Shown: in pieces, positions 32,224 to 42,605 of the stretch
Position numbering within the stretch: the first letter of the stretch is position 1
Layout: each line of letters opens with the position of its first letter
Source of the DNA: an uncultured Acidobacteriota bacterium
GTDB lineage: Bacteria; Acidobacteriota; UBA6911
Length of the DNA stretch: 64,000 nt
Reading direction: 5' to 3'
Assembly: GCA_963809485.1 (NCBI GenBank)
Contig: CAWEJX010000001.1
Coordinates: 288,001-352,000, forward strand
Made by a program: the position numbers and the translations under genes
Notes under the pieces: generated by a model
The model's database searches: none
Told to the model about the DNA's origin: nothing
The model's input: only the letters and a program-made list of their open reading frames with translations

Positions 32224-32715
32224 TCAGGAACTGCTTCGCCGATAAAGGCCGCTCTTCCCGCCGCTCTTTTCAAGGAGCTGTATCCTCTCGATCGAGGCTC
32301 CCTTTTCAACGGCCTTGACCATATCGTAGAGCGTCAGGGCAGCTACGGAAGCGGCTGTCAGGGCTTCCATCTCGACCCCCGTAGGTCCGGCGCAGGAAAC
32401 AGTGGCCAGGAAGCGCACGCCTCTGCTGCATGGTTCTCCTTCCACATCCACATGGCTCAGAAGCAGGGGATGGCACAAAGGGATGAGATCGGGAGTTCGT
32501 TTGGCGGCCAGGATCCCCGCCAGCCGCGCTGTTTCCAGGGGATTCCCTTTGGGCAGCCTCCCTTTGCGGAGCAAAGTCATCGTCTTCCGCGAAAGCCGTA
32601 CAAACGATTCTGCAACCGCCCGCCGCGACGTCACGGGCTTCTCCGTAACATCCACCATGCGCGCCCGTCCCTGCGCATCCAGATGCGTCAGTTTTTCAGA
32701 TTTATTTTTGGTCAT
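32224..32715 (-). CDS. moaC: Cyclic pyranopterin monophosphate synthase
   Basis: [34 protein letters not shown]. Confidence 0.97.
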   Translation of the reverse strand: MTKNKSEKLTHLDAQGRARMVDVTEKPVTSRRAVAESFVRLSRKTMTLLRKGRLPKGNPLETARLAGILAAKRTPDLIPLCHPLLLSHVDVEGEPCSRGVRFLATVSCAGPTGVEMEALTAASVAALTLYDMVKAVEKGASIERIQLLEKSGGKSGLYRRSSS

Positions 32716-32760
32716 GGGATAAACAAAATCATGGATGATTGATATATGCCTCTGGGTTCA

Positions 32761-32795
32761 AATCGTCAATCGTAAATCGTCATTCGTCAATTGTC
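32761..32795. repeat. Degenerate heptamer tandem repeat (AATCGTC-like x5)
   Basis: aatcgtc aatcgta aatcgtc attcgtc aattgtc. Confidence 0.65.
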
Positions 32796-34014
32796 AGCGC
32801 TGCCTGACAAAAAAGTCTGGCAGCAGCATTATTTCCACAGTTTCTCCGCGGGGCAGGAAATCCCTGTTTTTGGGGAAAATGAAGGTTGCATTGGCGCGGG
32901 TAAATCCGATGATATCGGCCGAGCTCTTCCACTGGAGCGGCTCAACCTTCCACCCGCCTGCTTCCCAAGACACCCATGCAGGCATGTATGCCGTCCTGCC
33001 GGGTGACTGCCGCATGTTACCCAGCAGCTCTCCCCTCATCCTCGGCAATTCCGGGCTCGTCATCCCGCACAGCCTCCCCAGCACCGGTCGCACGAAGCAT
33101 TCAAAAGTCACCAGCGCCGAAATCGGATTACCGGGCAAACCGAAGATCAGCTTATCGCCCTTTCGGGCAAAAACCGTGGGCTTGCCAGGCTTGATAGCGA
33201 CTTTGCTGAACAGGATTTCGAGCCCGAGATCGTCGAAGACATCCCGCACAAAGTCGTATTCGCCCATCGAGACCCCGCCGGTAATGATCAGTACGTCACG
33301 ATCGAGGCCTGCGATCATCTTGCTGCGCAGCTCCTCCCGGTCATCCCGCACGATGCCCAGATAGTCCGCCTCCAAATCCATATAGCGCAACTGGCTCAAC
33401 AGGCAATATGCATTCGAGTTTCGAATCTGATCAGCCCGCGGCGGCTGATCGAATTCCACCAGCTCATCACCGGTTGCAAAGATCGCAACGCTCGGCTTTG
33501 CATACACTTTGACACGGTGGTGCCCGAAAGTAGCCATAACTGCAATTTCAGCCGGCCCGACGCGATGACCGCATGGCAGGACAACCTGACCGGTTTGGCC
33601 TTCGGATCCGCGTGGGGCGATGTTTTCATGGACCTTAACCCCTGTCAATATTTTGACTTTCCGGCCATCGGGCGCTATTTGGGTCTGTTCGACAGGCAGA
33701 ACGGTATCCGCGCCCTCGGGAATGGGCGCTCCAGTCATAATGGCCATGGCCTGGCCGGCCTTCAATGCGCCTGGCATTCCCCCACCGGCGCGGCTTTCGC
33801 CCGCAATCTCGAGTTCGATGGGCACATTCACAACATCGGAAGCCAGGACCGCATAGCCGTCCATCGCAGATCTGTGGAAAGGAGGGATATCGCAAGTGGC
33901 GACGAGATCTTCGGCCAGCACGCGGCCCAGAGCCGCCTGGAACCGGACCTCCTCAATTCTGAGTCCCGGCAGGTCTGAAAGCAGAATTTCTAAAGCTTCT
34001 TCCACGCTTATCAT
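32794..34014 (-). CDS. moeA: Molybdopterin molybdotransferase
   Basis: SAMDGYA, IMTGAPIP, TGDEL, GGVSMG, KPGKP, LPGNP. Probable start is ATG 34014. Confidence 0.96.
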   Translation of the reverse strand: MISVEEALEILLSDLPGLRIEEVRFQAALGRVLAEDLVATCDIPPFHRSAMDGYAVLASDVVNVPIELEIAGESRAGGGMPGALKAGQAMAIMTGAPIPEGADTVLPVEQTQIAPDGRKVKILTGVKVHENIAPRGSEGQTGQVVLPCGHRVGPAEIAVMATFGHHRVKVYAKPSVAIFATGDELVEFDQPPRADQIRNSNAYCLLSQLRYMDLEADYLGIVRDDREELRSKMIAGLDRDVLIITGGVSMGEYDFVRDVFDDLGLEILFSKVAIKPGKPTVFARKGDKLIFGLPGNPISALVTFECFVRPVLGRLCGMTSPELPRMRGELLGNMRQSPGRTAYMPAWVSWEAGGWKVEPLQWKSSADIIGFTRANATFIFPKNRDFLPRGETVEIMLLPDFFVRQR

Positions 34015-34073
34015 AAAATCTCCCGGAGTACCTGGCGAATGAAGGGGCAAGAGAACAGGAAGGGAGTTGCCGT

Positions 34074-36584
34074 TTAGCGGCTTTCGGCCTGGGACCGCTT
34101 CGATGCAATTTCCATGCGAATTATCTCTTTGCTCTCACATTCGCCTTTGCCGCAGCCCCCTGATTTGCCTGGGAGCGCCTCTTCCTCTTTGCCGAATTTC
34201 CTCAGGTTCTCGGATAACTCCCTCAAACGCTGTTCGACAAGGTAGTTAACGGTCCCCTCTTCATAGAGATTATGCTCATTCCGCTTTCCGGCCGGAACAC
34301 CTGTAAGTATTTCAATTCCCTCATCGATGGAGCTGACGGCATAGATATGGAATGTTCCGGCAGCCACGGCTTCAACCATGTCGCTTCGCAGCATCAGATT
34401 TCTTACATTCTGTGCCGGAATCATTACGCCCTGCTCCCCGGTCAGGCCTTTGGCTTTGCAGACATCGAAGAAGCCCTCGATCTTTTGATTCACGCCGCCG
34501 ATGGGCTGAACCCGCCCGTTCTGGTCGACGGACCCCGTTACGGCAATGCCCTGCCTGATGGGGATACCCGAGAGGCTTGAAAGCAGCGCGTAAAGCTCGG
34601 TCGAAGAGGCGCTGTCGCCGTCTATCCCCTCATAAGACTGCTCAAAGCAAAGGCTGGCAGCCACAGAAAGGGGTCTCTCCTGGGCGTATCTGGCGCCCAG
34701 GTAGCCGCTCAGGATGAGCACGCCCTTGTCGTAGATCCTGCCGCTCATTTTTGATTCCCGCTCTATATCTATAACCCCGCTCTTCCCGAGATATGTCTTG
34801 GCCGTAATCCGGGAAGGCCTCCCAAACCGGATATCTCCCAGGTCTATGACGGCCAGTCCGTTGACCTGTCCGACCGCTTTTCCCGAAATATCCACAAGCA
34901 GAGTGCCGTCCGTGATGAGGCTCCGGATCTTTTCCTCAAAGAGGCTCGAGCGGTAGTATTTTTCCTCCACGGCCCGCTGGACATGCCCCGCCGAAACGGC
35001 TTCACAGCCCGCGCTCCTGGCCCAGTGGCTCGCTTCCCGGACAATGTCGGCGATGTCGCTGAAGCGTGCCGAGAGCTTTTGCTGATCGTCGACCAGCCAT
35101 GCGCCGTATTCGACGACCCTGGCTACACCTGTCGGATCGAAGTGCAGCAAACCCTCATCGCAGCAGCGGGAGCCGATAAATGCAGCGTAATCATTAAAGG
35201 CCCGGTCATCCCGGGTCATCTCGGAATCGAAGTCTGCCTTGACTTTGAAGATTTTGCGAAAATCCTCATCCAGCCCAAACAGCTCGTGATAAATGAACTG
35301 GTTCCCGATCATGATAACTTTGACATTCACAGAAATCGGGTTTGGCCTCATGCCGGCGACCGGCAGAATGCCGAACTGCTCGCCGAGGTCCTCGATTCTC
35401 ACTTCCTTGTTTTTTACAGTGCGCTTTAGGCTTTCCCAGGCTCCCGGATTCAAAAGAACATCGTGCACGTTGATTACGAGGAATCCGCCATTTGCTCTGG
35501 CACAGGAACCTGCGCGGATCAGGGTAAAGTCTGCCGAAAGGGTTCCGAACTGAGCCCGACGCTCGACGCGTCCGAAAAGGTTGTAATAGGTGGGATTGGT
35601 TTCTATGATTACGGGGGCCCCTTTGAGATCCGTGTTGTCCACAACAATATTGACGCTATATTTTGCAAAGGGATCCGTCGGAGCCTCAAGCCGGATTTGG
35701 GCGGCCCCCGCTGGATCCTGCTTCGAGGAATCCTCGGTGAAATCCTCCAGGTTCGAGAGTATGTGCTCCTGAACATCATTCAGATAGGCAATCACACTTG
35801 GGAACCCGGCATGCTGGTCCCTGATCCCGTCAATCCGTATCCCGACGACATATAGCCCGACTCTCCGGTGCAACTCATTGATCTGGTCACGGCTTTCCTT
35901 GTTGGCGTCACGGACCTGCCGCAGAAAAGCCTGAATATCCTGATCCAGTCCGGACCGGCGCTGGTCAATCTGCTTCTTCGCCTCCGGATCCAGGGATTCG
36001 TATTGTTCGGGCGTAATGGGCTTTCCCTCCAGCATCGGCACCAGGGAGACTCCAACTTTTGTGACCTCAAGCGCAAAACCCTCGCCGCGGGCTTTCTCCG
36101 ACAGCTGGTTAAAGAGCGCCTGCTGCAGCATCTGGTTTTCACGCATGAGCGTGCTGACGCTCTCTTCGTACTCCTTCGATTCAAAGGCCTTGGGGATATT
36201 AATCTTCAGCTGGCGAACCAGCTCTTCCATCTCAGCCTTCAGAACTTTGCCTTGCCCTGCCGGCAGGTTCAGGATGGTGGGGCAGTGGGGATCCCGGAAG
36301 TTATAAACGTAGCACCAGTCATCCGGGCAGGGCATTTGTGCCGCTATTTCTTCCAGGAATGTCTTGATAACGGTTGTTTTTCCGGTTCCGGTCAAGCCGC
36401 TGACATAGATATTGTAGCCCGGAGAAGCGATATCGAGGCCGAAACGAATGGCCCGGGTAGGGCGCTCCTGCTCTATGATGCCTTTCAGCGGAGGCAGCTC
36501 CGCAGTGGTCTTGAATGAAAACACGGAAGGATTACAGTTCCAGCGCAGACTTTCCACCGGCAATTCGTTGCCTTTTTCTGTCAT
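34074..36584 (-). CDS. Lon-like (LonC-type) AAA protease
   Basis: GLTGTGKT Walker A, NPTYYNLFG, ANGGFL, GQVNGL, DGDSAS catalytic Ser, PIGGVNQKIEGF catalytic Lys. Confidence 0.92.
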   Translation of the reverse strand: MTEKGNELPVESLRWNCNPSVFSFKTTAELPPLKGIIEQERPTRAIRFGLDIASPGYNIYVSGLTGTGKTTVIKTFLEEIAAQMPCPDDWCYVYNFRDPHCPTILNLPAGQGKVLKAEMEELVRQLKINIPKAFESKEYEESVSTLMRENQMLQQALFNQLSEKARGEGFALEVTKVGVSLVPMLEGKPITPEQYESLDPEAKKQIDQRRSGLDQDIQAFLRQVRDANKESRDQINELHRRVGLYVVGIRIDGIRDQHAGFPSVIAYLNDVQEHILSNLEDFTEDSSKQDPAGAAQIRLEAPTDPFAKYSVNIVVDNTDLKGAPVIIETNPTYYNLFGRVERRAQFGTLSADFTLIRAGSCARANGGFLVINVHDVLLNPGAWESLKRTVKNKEVRIEDLGEQFGILPVAGMRPNPISVNVKVIMIGNQFIYHELFGLDEDFRKIFKVKADFDSEMTRDDRAFNDYAAFIGSRCCDEGLLHFDPTGVARVVEYGAWLVDDQQKLSARFSDIADIVREASHWARSAGCEAVSAGHVQRAVEEKYYRSSLFEEKIRSLITDGTLLVDISGKAVGQVNGLAVIDLGDIRFGRPSRITAKTYLGKSGVIDIERESKMSGRIYDKGVLILSGYLGARYAQERPLSVAASLCFEQSYEGIDGDSASSTELYALLSSLSGIPIRQGIAVTGSVDQNGRVQPIGGVNQKIEGFFDVCKAKGLTGEQGVMIPAQNVRNLMLRSDMVEAVAAGTFHIYAVSSIDEGIEILTGVPAGKRNEHNLYEEGTVNYLVEQRLRELSENLRKFGKEEEALPGKSGGCGKGECESKEIIRMEIASKRSQAESR

Positions 36585-36614
36585 CGCTTTCCCCCGAACA
36601 TAGAATAGTTCAAG

Positions 36615-37097
36615 TTATCGCTTGTACCCGATCTTTCGCAGAAATTCCCGTCTGGCCTTCACGTCCGGCTCACTTTCCACACCCTTGGGAGAAAAGCCGT
36701 CCACAACGCCCAAAACGCCTCTTCCCTGGCCGGTTTCCGCAATGATGACTTCCAGCGGGTTGGCGGTGGCGCAGAATATGCGGCAAACCTCAGAGCATGA
36801 CTTCACAGCGTTGAGCACATTTATGGGGAACGCCTCCTTGAGCATGATCACAAAGGTGTGGCCGGCTGCCATGCTCATGGCGTTTTCAGAGGCGGTTTTT
36901 TCCAACTCTTCGTCATTCCCTTCAACGCGAATCAGGCAAGGTCCTGAAGCTTCACAGAAAGCTATTCCGAACTTCGCGTGCGGGCAACCGGTTGACAGGG
37001 TTTCAAAAAGGTCCTCAACTGTCTTTATGAAATGACTCTGGCCAACTATGATATTGCAGTTTTCAGGCACGGTCAGCCGGATGCTATGGATTTCCAT
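36615..37097 (-). CDS. Adenosine-specific kinase family protein (DUF355)
   Basis: [43 protein letters not shown]; GGAGG RBS before ATG 37097. Confidence 0.9.
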   Translation of the reverse strand: MEIHSIRLTVPENCNIIVGQSHFIKTVEDLFETLSTGCPHAKFGIAFCEASGPCLIRVEGNDEELEKTASENAMSMAAGHTFVIMLKEAFPINVLNAVKSCSEVCRIFCATANPLEVIIAETGQGRGVLGVVDGFSPKGVESEPDVKARREFLRKIGYKR

Positions 37098-37409
37098 ATT
37101 TAGCCTCCCCCGGGGACGCCAGGTCCCCGGCAGATCGGTTATTGCCACCGGTTGCAGGCGACCTCCGCCAGTGCTATCCGGCTTCAAGCGGACACCGGAT
37201 CGCGGATCAGGGCACAATACAAACAGTTCATGCCTTCTGTTGCCCTGATCCAGGGCATCATCTATAATCGTTGCACGGTACAGAGTCGCCGGCGGGATTG
37301 TAACACAGATATCCATTACTTATGCCTGGGCAAGTGTCTGGCCGATAAGGCAACCGTAGCCCGGGATCCTTCAGGCAATTTCAGCCCAGGCAGGGAGTCA
37401 GAAAGAAAT

Positions 37410-39263
37410 ATGTGCGGCATTGTGGGTTATGTTGGCAAGAAACCGGTTGTTTCCCTTATTGTCAACGGATTGCGAAAGCTGGAATATCGCGGATATGACT
37501 CTGCAGGAATTGCGGTTGTACGAAGCAGGCAGATCCAGGTCCGAAGGGCGCCGGGAAAGCTCGGCAACCTGGTCCGTTCTCTGGCCGCAGAGCCCCTGGA
37601 AGGAGATTACGGAATCGGTCACACCCGATGGGCGACCCATGGGCGGCCCACAGAAGAAAATGCGCATCCCCATCGTGACTGCACCGGAAAAATTGCCGTC
37701 GTCCACAACGGCATCATCGAAAATTATCTCGAGCTGAAAACGAAGCTGCAGCAAATGAACCACCGCTTTGCCACGGAGACCGATACGGAGGTAATCGCGC
37801 ACCTCGTGGAGTCGATGATGCCGGGAAGATCGTTTCCCGAGGCTGCAGGCGCCGCCCTGCAGCAATTGCGCGGAAGCTTTGCCGTTTGCCTGCTTTCCGC
37901 CGAGGATCCGGATACCATCATCGCGGCCCGGAATGGGCCGCCGCTCATCCTGGGCCTCGGAGAAGGCGAGTCCCTCGTAGCGTCCGACGTCCCCGCCCTG
38001 CTAGAGCATACGCGCAGCATGTATTTCATGAGAGACGGAGAAATGGCGGTTCTCTCCCGCGGAAAAGCGGTTCTTCGGGATTTCCACGGCAGGCATTTGC
38101 CGCTTACGCCCCAGGAGGTCCAATGGAGCCCCGAAATGGCCGAGAAGGGAGGCTACAGCCATTTCATGCTTAAGGAAATCCACGAGCAGCCGCGTAGCCT
38201 GCGCGAGACACTCGCAGGGCGGATTTCGCCCGATTTGAAGCGCGTCGTCCTGGAAGAAGCCAACATTCCGGGTGATGCGCTTAAAAAAATCAAGCGGATC
38301 CACATCGTCGCCTGCGGAACATCCTGGCACGCCGCCCTTGTGGGAAAGTTCCTGATAGAGGATTTTGCTCGCATTCCCGTAGAGATCGACTACGGATCGG
38401 AGTTCCGCTATCGCAATCCCCTGGTTGACAAAAGCTCCCTCGTCATCGCCATCAGCCAATCCGGCGAGACGGCGGACACCCTCGCAGCCGTGCGGGAAGC
38501 GCGGGCAAAGCAGGCCAGAATCCTGTCGATCTGCAACGTGGTTGGAAGCATGCTGTCCAGGGAGAGCGACGGCAATCTTTATATACGCAGCGGGCCTGAA
38601 ATCGGGGTTGCCTCGACCAAGGCGTTTACGAGTCAGCTGGCCGTGCTTGTGCTGGTAGCCGTCTATCTGGCGCAAGCGCGAAGGAAGATAGCGCCGGAAC
38701 ACGCAGCTGTCCTGTTGTCGGAGTTGATCCGGGCCCCGCAATGCATTCAGCAGATCCTGGCCCAGAGCCCGGCCTATGAGGAGATCGCCGGAGTAATCTG
38801 CCGCAAGAACAACGCGCTGTACCTCGGGCGTGGCATTCAATACCCCACGGCACTGGAGGGCGCACTGAAGCTTAAGGAGATTTCCTACATACACGCGGAA
38901 GGCTATCCTGCCGGAGAGATGAAGCATGGGCCGAACGCGCTGATTGACCGGAACCTGCCGGTCGTCGCCATCGCTGCCAGGGATCTGCAGAGCTCCAAAT
39001 CGGTACTGCGTTATGAAAAGATGATCAGCAATATCGAGGAAGTGCGCGCGCGTGAGGGAATCATTGTCGCACTGGCCAGCGAAGGGGATACGCAAATCTC
39101 CCATCTGTCCGAGAATATCATCCGCGTGCCGGAAATCACCGACTGCCTGCTGCCGATCCTGTCCATCGTGCCGCTTCAACTCCTGGCGTACCATATTGCG
39201 GTTCTGCGGGGATGCGACGTGGACCAGCCGCGCAATCTCGCCAAAAGCGTTACCGTTGAATGA
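37410..39263 (+). CDS. glmS: Glutamine-fructose-6-phosphate aminotransferase
   Basis: MCGIVG, LEYRGYDSAG, GHTRWATHG, SQSGETAD, PRNLAKSVTVE. Confidence 0.98.
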   Translation: MCGIVGYVGKKPVVSLIVNGLRKLEYRGYDSAGIAVVRSRQIQVRRAPGKLGNLVRSLAAEPLEGDYGIGHTRWATHGRPTEENAHPHRDCTGKIAVVHNGIIENYLELKTKLQQMNHRFATETDTEVIAHLVESMMPGRSFPEAAGAALQQLRGSFAVCLLSAEDPDTIIAARNGPPLILGLGEGESLVASDVPALLEHTRSMYFMRDGEMAVLSRGKAVLRDFHGRHLPLTPQEVQWSPEMAEKGGYSHFMLKEIHEQPRSLRETLAGRISPDLKRVVLEEANIPGDALKKIKRIHIVACGTSWHAALVGKFLIEDFARIPVEIDYGSEFRYRNPLVDKSSLVIAISQSGETADTLAAVREARAKQARILSICNVVGSMLSRESDGNLYIRSGPEIGVASTKAFTSQLAVLVLVAVYLAQARRKIAPEHAAVLLSELIRAPQCIQQILAQSPAYEEIAGVICRKNNALYLGRGIQYPTALEGALKLKEISYIHAEGYPAGEMKHGPNALIDRNLPVVAIAARDLQSSKSVLRYEKMISNIEEVRAREGIIVALASEGDTQISHLSENIIRVPEITDCLLPILSIVPLQLLAYHIAVLRGCDVDQPRNLAKSVTVE

Positions 39264-39586
39264 CGCATCCCGATTTTTGATAACTCCTGCATTGGGCGCT
39301 GCAGCAGTTTCAACCGCTGATCTTAATCCTGAGGATCATCGTTCATCAGCGTTTTTGCGGGCATCTGGCAGCGTAACCTGACCCGGGAGGATTACCCCTT
39401 ACCCGCCGTTTTCCCATCCGCCTCCGCGCGATAGCACCCGATATACCCGAAAATAGCCAGGCTGCCGACCGCATATATTTTTAATTCAATTGGGGCAATT
39501 GACCCACCATTTTGGTTTATTTGGCCATATTTAAGCAAATTTTCCGTCAAGAGCACGGATGCATCCGAGCGTTGGCCAAATAATTG

Positions 39587-39608
39587 TTCATACAAATAGT
39601 TGTATGAA
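39587..39608. promoter_or_regulatory. Palindromic operator candidate
   Basis: TTCATACAA-ATAG-TTGTATGAA, a perfect 9 bp inverted repeat in an AT-rich promoter region. Confidence 0.5.
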
Positions 39609-39655
39609 AATAACTTATAATGTGTATATATTTTTTATTCAGATTTTGAAGCAAT

Positions 39656-39671
39656 TGGAATGGCATGTGCA
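39656..39671 (+). promoter_or_regulatory. Sigma-54-like promoter of the hdr/hyd/mvh operon
   Basis: TGGAATG-GCAT-GTGCA has the correct GG-N10-GC spacing; the operon ends with a GAFTGA activator gene. Confidence 0.5.
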
Positions 39672-39902
39672 TACAAAAAATAGTCGGCAGCAGAACAAGC
39701 CGACATTTATTTCTCCGATCAGTTAGCACGCACACGCTCAAGTTGGCAGTTTGCTCCAATCCGATGATCCAGCTGGGGGAGAGTTAGATCCTCTGGATTT
39801 TGGCCGTTTAACTCGAGCATTACAAGATCAAGGACCAGGGCTCGATCGATCGATCCAACGGGGGATTCAGATTGATTCGGGACGGGGAACCGGAGGCCTT
39901 TC

Positions 39903-40484
39903 ATGAATGGAGTTCAGCAGACGGTGATTTACGAGAAAGCCATGGATCTGCAGTTTCTCAATGAGGTCTATCGCATTCCAGGCGGTGAAAAGATCAAGGA
40001 TTGCATCCAGTGCGGCACCTGCAGCGGATCCTGCCCGGTATCCTGGGCGATGGAGGAAACGCCCCGACAGATATTCGCCATGGTCCGGGCGGGGATGAGG
40101 GATAAGGTATTAGACAGCCTCACGATATGGACCTGTGCGTCCTGCTACCAGTGCATGCATCGCTGCCCTCAGAAGATCAAGATTACAGACATTATGTACA
40201 TGCTTAAGAGAATGGCCATACGGGAGAACCGTCAACGGAGTAAGAATGCGGGCATCATGTCGAGGTCATTCGTGGATATTGTTAACAAGAAAGGCCGCAA
40301 TCACGAGACCTCGCTAATGGTCAAAATCCTGCTGGGCACAAACCCACTTGGGGCGATATCCCTGGCACCTATCGGCATCGGTTTGTACACCCACCATCGC
40401 CTTCCCCTATTCGGGAAAGGAGTTCGCGATATTGTTGGCCTTCGAAAAATCGTTGCCAAAGCTCAAGAATTGGGAGGTGAATGA
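39903..40484 (+). CDS. hdrC: Heterodisulfide reductase subunit C
   Basis: CIQCGTCSGSCP and IWTCASCYQCMHRCP. Confidence 0.92.
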   Translation: MNGVQQTVIYEKAMDLQFLNEVYRIPGGEKIKDCIQCGTCSGSCPVSWAMEETPRQIFAMVRAGMRDKVLDSLTIWTCASCYQCMHRCPQKIKITDIMYMLKRMAIRENRQRSKNAGIMSRSFVDIVNKKGRNHETSLMVKILLGTNPLGAISLAPIGIGLYTHHRLPLFGKGVRDIVGLRKIVAKAQELGGE

Positions 40485-41350
40485 TGCGTTACGCTTATTA
40501 CCCCGGGTGTTCCCTGGAGGCGACTGGGAGACCCTATGAGGAATCGGTGAAAGCAGTTGCCAAGGCGTTGGGGATTGAGCTGGTGGAGCTTGAAGACTGG
40601 AACTGTTGTGGCGCCACGGCCTATATGAGCGTAAATGAAGTTCTCTCTTTCAGTTTGAGCGCCCGCAACCTGACCCAGGCAAAAAAGATAGGGGACACGT
40701 TGGTCACAGCCTGCAGTGCCTGCTATACGAATTTGCGCAAGACAGAAACCTATCTCGCTGATTTCCCGGAAATTAAGGGCAAAGTTGATGCAGCCCTAGC
40801 AGAGGCGGGTTTAAAGTATGAAGGAGGCGTTGTCACAAAGCACTTTCTTCAGACAGTTGTGCAGGACGTCGGGCTGGATCGGATCAAATCCCTCGTGAAA
40901 ATCCCTCTTTCAGGACTTCGGGTAGCTCCCTATTATGGCTGTCAAATAGCCAGACCTTATGGCATAGAGGACGACTCGGATAATCCGACCATGATGGACA
41001 GGCTGATTGAGGCAATCGGCGCAACTCCGACCAACTATCCGATGAAGACGATGTGCTGCGGCGGCTCTTTGATGGGAATACGCAAGGAGGTTGCGCTTCG
41101 CCTCTGCCGTAATTTGCTTCTCTGCGCCCAGCAGTATGGCGCGCAATGCGTTGTAGTAACGTGCCCGCTATGTCAAATGAACCTGGATGCGTTTCAATCG
41201 GCCATTAACAAGGCCTACGGCACGAGCTTCAATCTTCCAATAGTTTATTTCACTCAATTGATGGGCCTTGCGTTTGGACTGGATTCGAGGGGCCTGGGGC
41301 TGAAGGATTGCATCGTCTCGGCGACGGAAGCCATCGCGAAATACGCATAA
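40481..41350 (+). CDS. hdrB: Heterodisulfide reductase subunit B
   Basis: YYPGC, WNCCG, CSAC, YYGC, CCGG, CPLCQMNLD (two CCG domains). Confidence 0.95.
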   Translation: MMRYAYYPGCSLEATGRPYEESVKAVAKALGIELVELEDWNCCGATAYMSVNEVLSFSLSARNLTQAKKIGDTLVTACSACYTNLRKTETYLADFPEIKGKVDAALAEAGLKYEGGVVTKHFLQTVVQDVGLDRIKSLVKIPLSGLRVAPYYGCQIARPYGIEDDSDNPTMMDRLIEAIGATPTNYPMKTMCCGGSLMGIRKEVALRLCRNLLLCAQQYGAQCVVVTCPLCQMNLDAFQSAINKAYGTSFNLPIVYFTQLMGLAFGLDSRGLGLKDCIVSATEAIAKYA

Positions 41351-41359
41351 GGAGATCGC

Positions 41360-42223
41360 ATGAGTACCAAAATTGGCGTCTATGTGTGCCACTGCGGCAC
41401 GAACATCTCCGGCAAAGTGAACGTTGTTGATGTTGCCCAGTTTGCCAGGACCCTGCCCGGCGTGGTAGTAGCCCGGGAGTATAAATTCATGTGCTCGGAT
41501 CCGGGACAGATACTTATTGAGGACGACATCAAAAACCTGGGCCTTGACCGCATCGTGGTGGCCTCATGTTCCCCGCTGATGCACGAACCCACTTTCCGCG
41601 GCGCGTGCGAGAGGGCCAACGTAAACCGCTATCTGTTCCAGATGGCAAATATACGGGAGCATTGCTCGTGGGTAACCGTGGATCCGAACGCGGCAACCGA
41701 AAAAGCCAAGGCTCTGCTTGCCGGTGCAGTCGCCAAAGCCGGCAATCTCCAATCACTGCCGCACAAAACCGTTCCGGTAAATCCAGCGGCTCTTGTGGTG
41801 GGCGCAGGGATTGCGGGGATTCAGGCAGCTCTGGATATCGCCGATGCGGGGCGGACCGTGTATCTGGTCGAAAAACAGCCCTCGATAGGCGGGCACATGG
41901 CCCTGTTCGACAAGACTTTCCCAACCTTGGATTGCGCAGCCTGCATTCTGACTCCCAAGATGGTGCAAGTTGGCAAACATCCGAATATAAAGCTGATGCC
42001 TTCCAGCGAAGTTGAAAAAGTTGAAGGGTTTGTCGGCAACTTCAGTGTAAAGGTCCGACATAAGGCCACTTACGTCGATGCCACCAAATGCACCGGTTGT
42101 GGGCTTTGCTGGGAATCGTGCCCGGCGAGGAAAATCCCTGCAACCCGCGTAATACGCAAAGGCCAACTGGTTATAGGCAGCAGCAAGGGCGGCAACGGAT
42201 TCCTGAAAAGCTCTGTTCGATAA
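41360..42223 (+). CDS. hdrA: Heterodisulfide reductase subunit A, N-terminal half (split gene)
   Basis: IGVYVCHCG, MCSDPGQ, ASCSP..HE, NIREHCSW, GAGIAG, DKTFPTLDCAAC. Ends shortly after CTGCGLCWESCP with TAA TAG. Confidence 0.92.
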   Translation: MSTKIGVYVCHCGTNISGKVNVVDVAQFARTLPGVVVAREYKFMCSDPGQILIEDDIKNLGLDRIVVASCSPLMHEPTFRGACERANVNRYLFQMANIREHCSWVTVDPNAATEKAKALLAGAVAKAGNLQSLPHKTVPVNPAALVVGAGIAGIQAALDIADAGRTVYLVEKQPSIGGHMALFDKTFPTLDCAACILTPKMVQVGKHPNIKLMPSSEVEKVEGFVGNFSVKVRHKATYVDATKCTGCGLCWESCPARKIPATRVIRKGQLVIGSSKGGNGFLKSSVR

Positions 42224-42239
42224 TAGATGAAGGCAAAAA

Positions 42240-42605
42240 ATGACAAGCTCGAAAAGCCCCCATTCGATCACACTCGAAGAAGTGAGAAAGCTGCTGGAAG
42301 CAGAGGTGCTTAACGGCAACGACCTCTCGATAAAAGTCGCGGCTGTCGGAGCTGCGGACTTGCTGAGCGACGTGCTCAATACAAGCAAGACGGGAACACT
42401 GCTTTTAACCGGACTGGTCAGCCCACAAGTAATAAGGACTGCCATCGTGGCTGACCTCTGCGGCGTGGTTTTTGTACGCGGGAAGAAGCCCGGGGATGAG
42501 ATTCTCGCGCTCGCGCGGGAATCGAAAATTCCGGTTCTCGGCACGCGGCTCAAGATGTTTGAAGCCGCGGGGCGCCTATACACGGCAATTTCAGGGAACC
42601 GATGA
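42240..42605 (+). CDS. DRTGG domain protein
   Basis: ADLLSDVL, LLLTGL, VVFVRGKKP. Confidence 0.85.
   Translation: MTSSKSPHSITLEEVRKLLEAEVLNGNDLSIKVAAVGAADLLSDVLNTSKTGTLLLTGLVSPQVIRTAIVADLCGVVFVRGKKPGDEILALARESKIPVLGTRLKMFEAAGRLYTAISGNR

Noticed and set aside
37260-37409. glmS ribozyme upstream of glmS
   Set aside because: The conserved core (AGCGCC..GACGAGG) is not visible.
37152-37409. N-terminal extensions in the ORF track (glmS, DegT 11370, DUF355 37316, 59156, 54166 and others)
   Set aside because: Family-typical N-termini and RBS positions indicate downstream starts; for example, GlmS must begin at MCGIVG.
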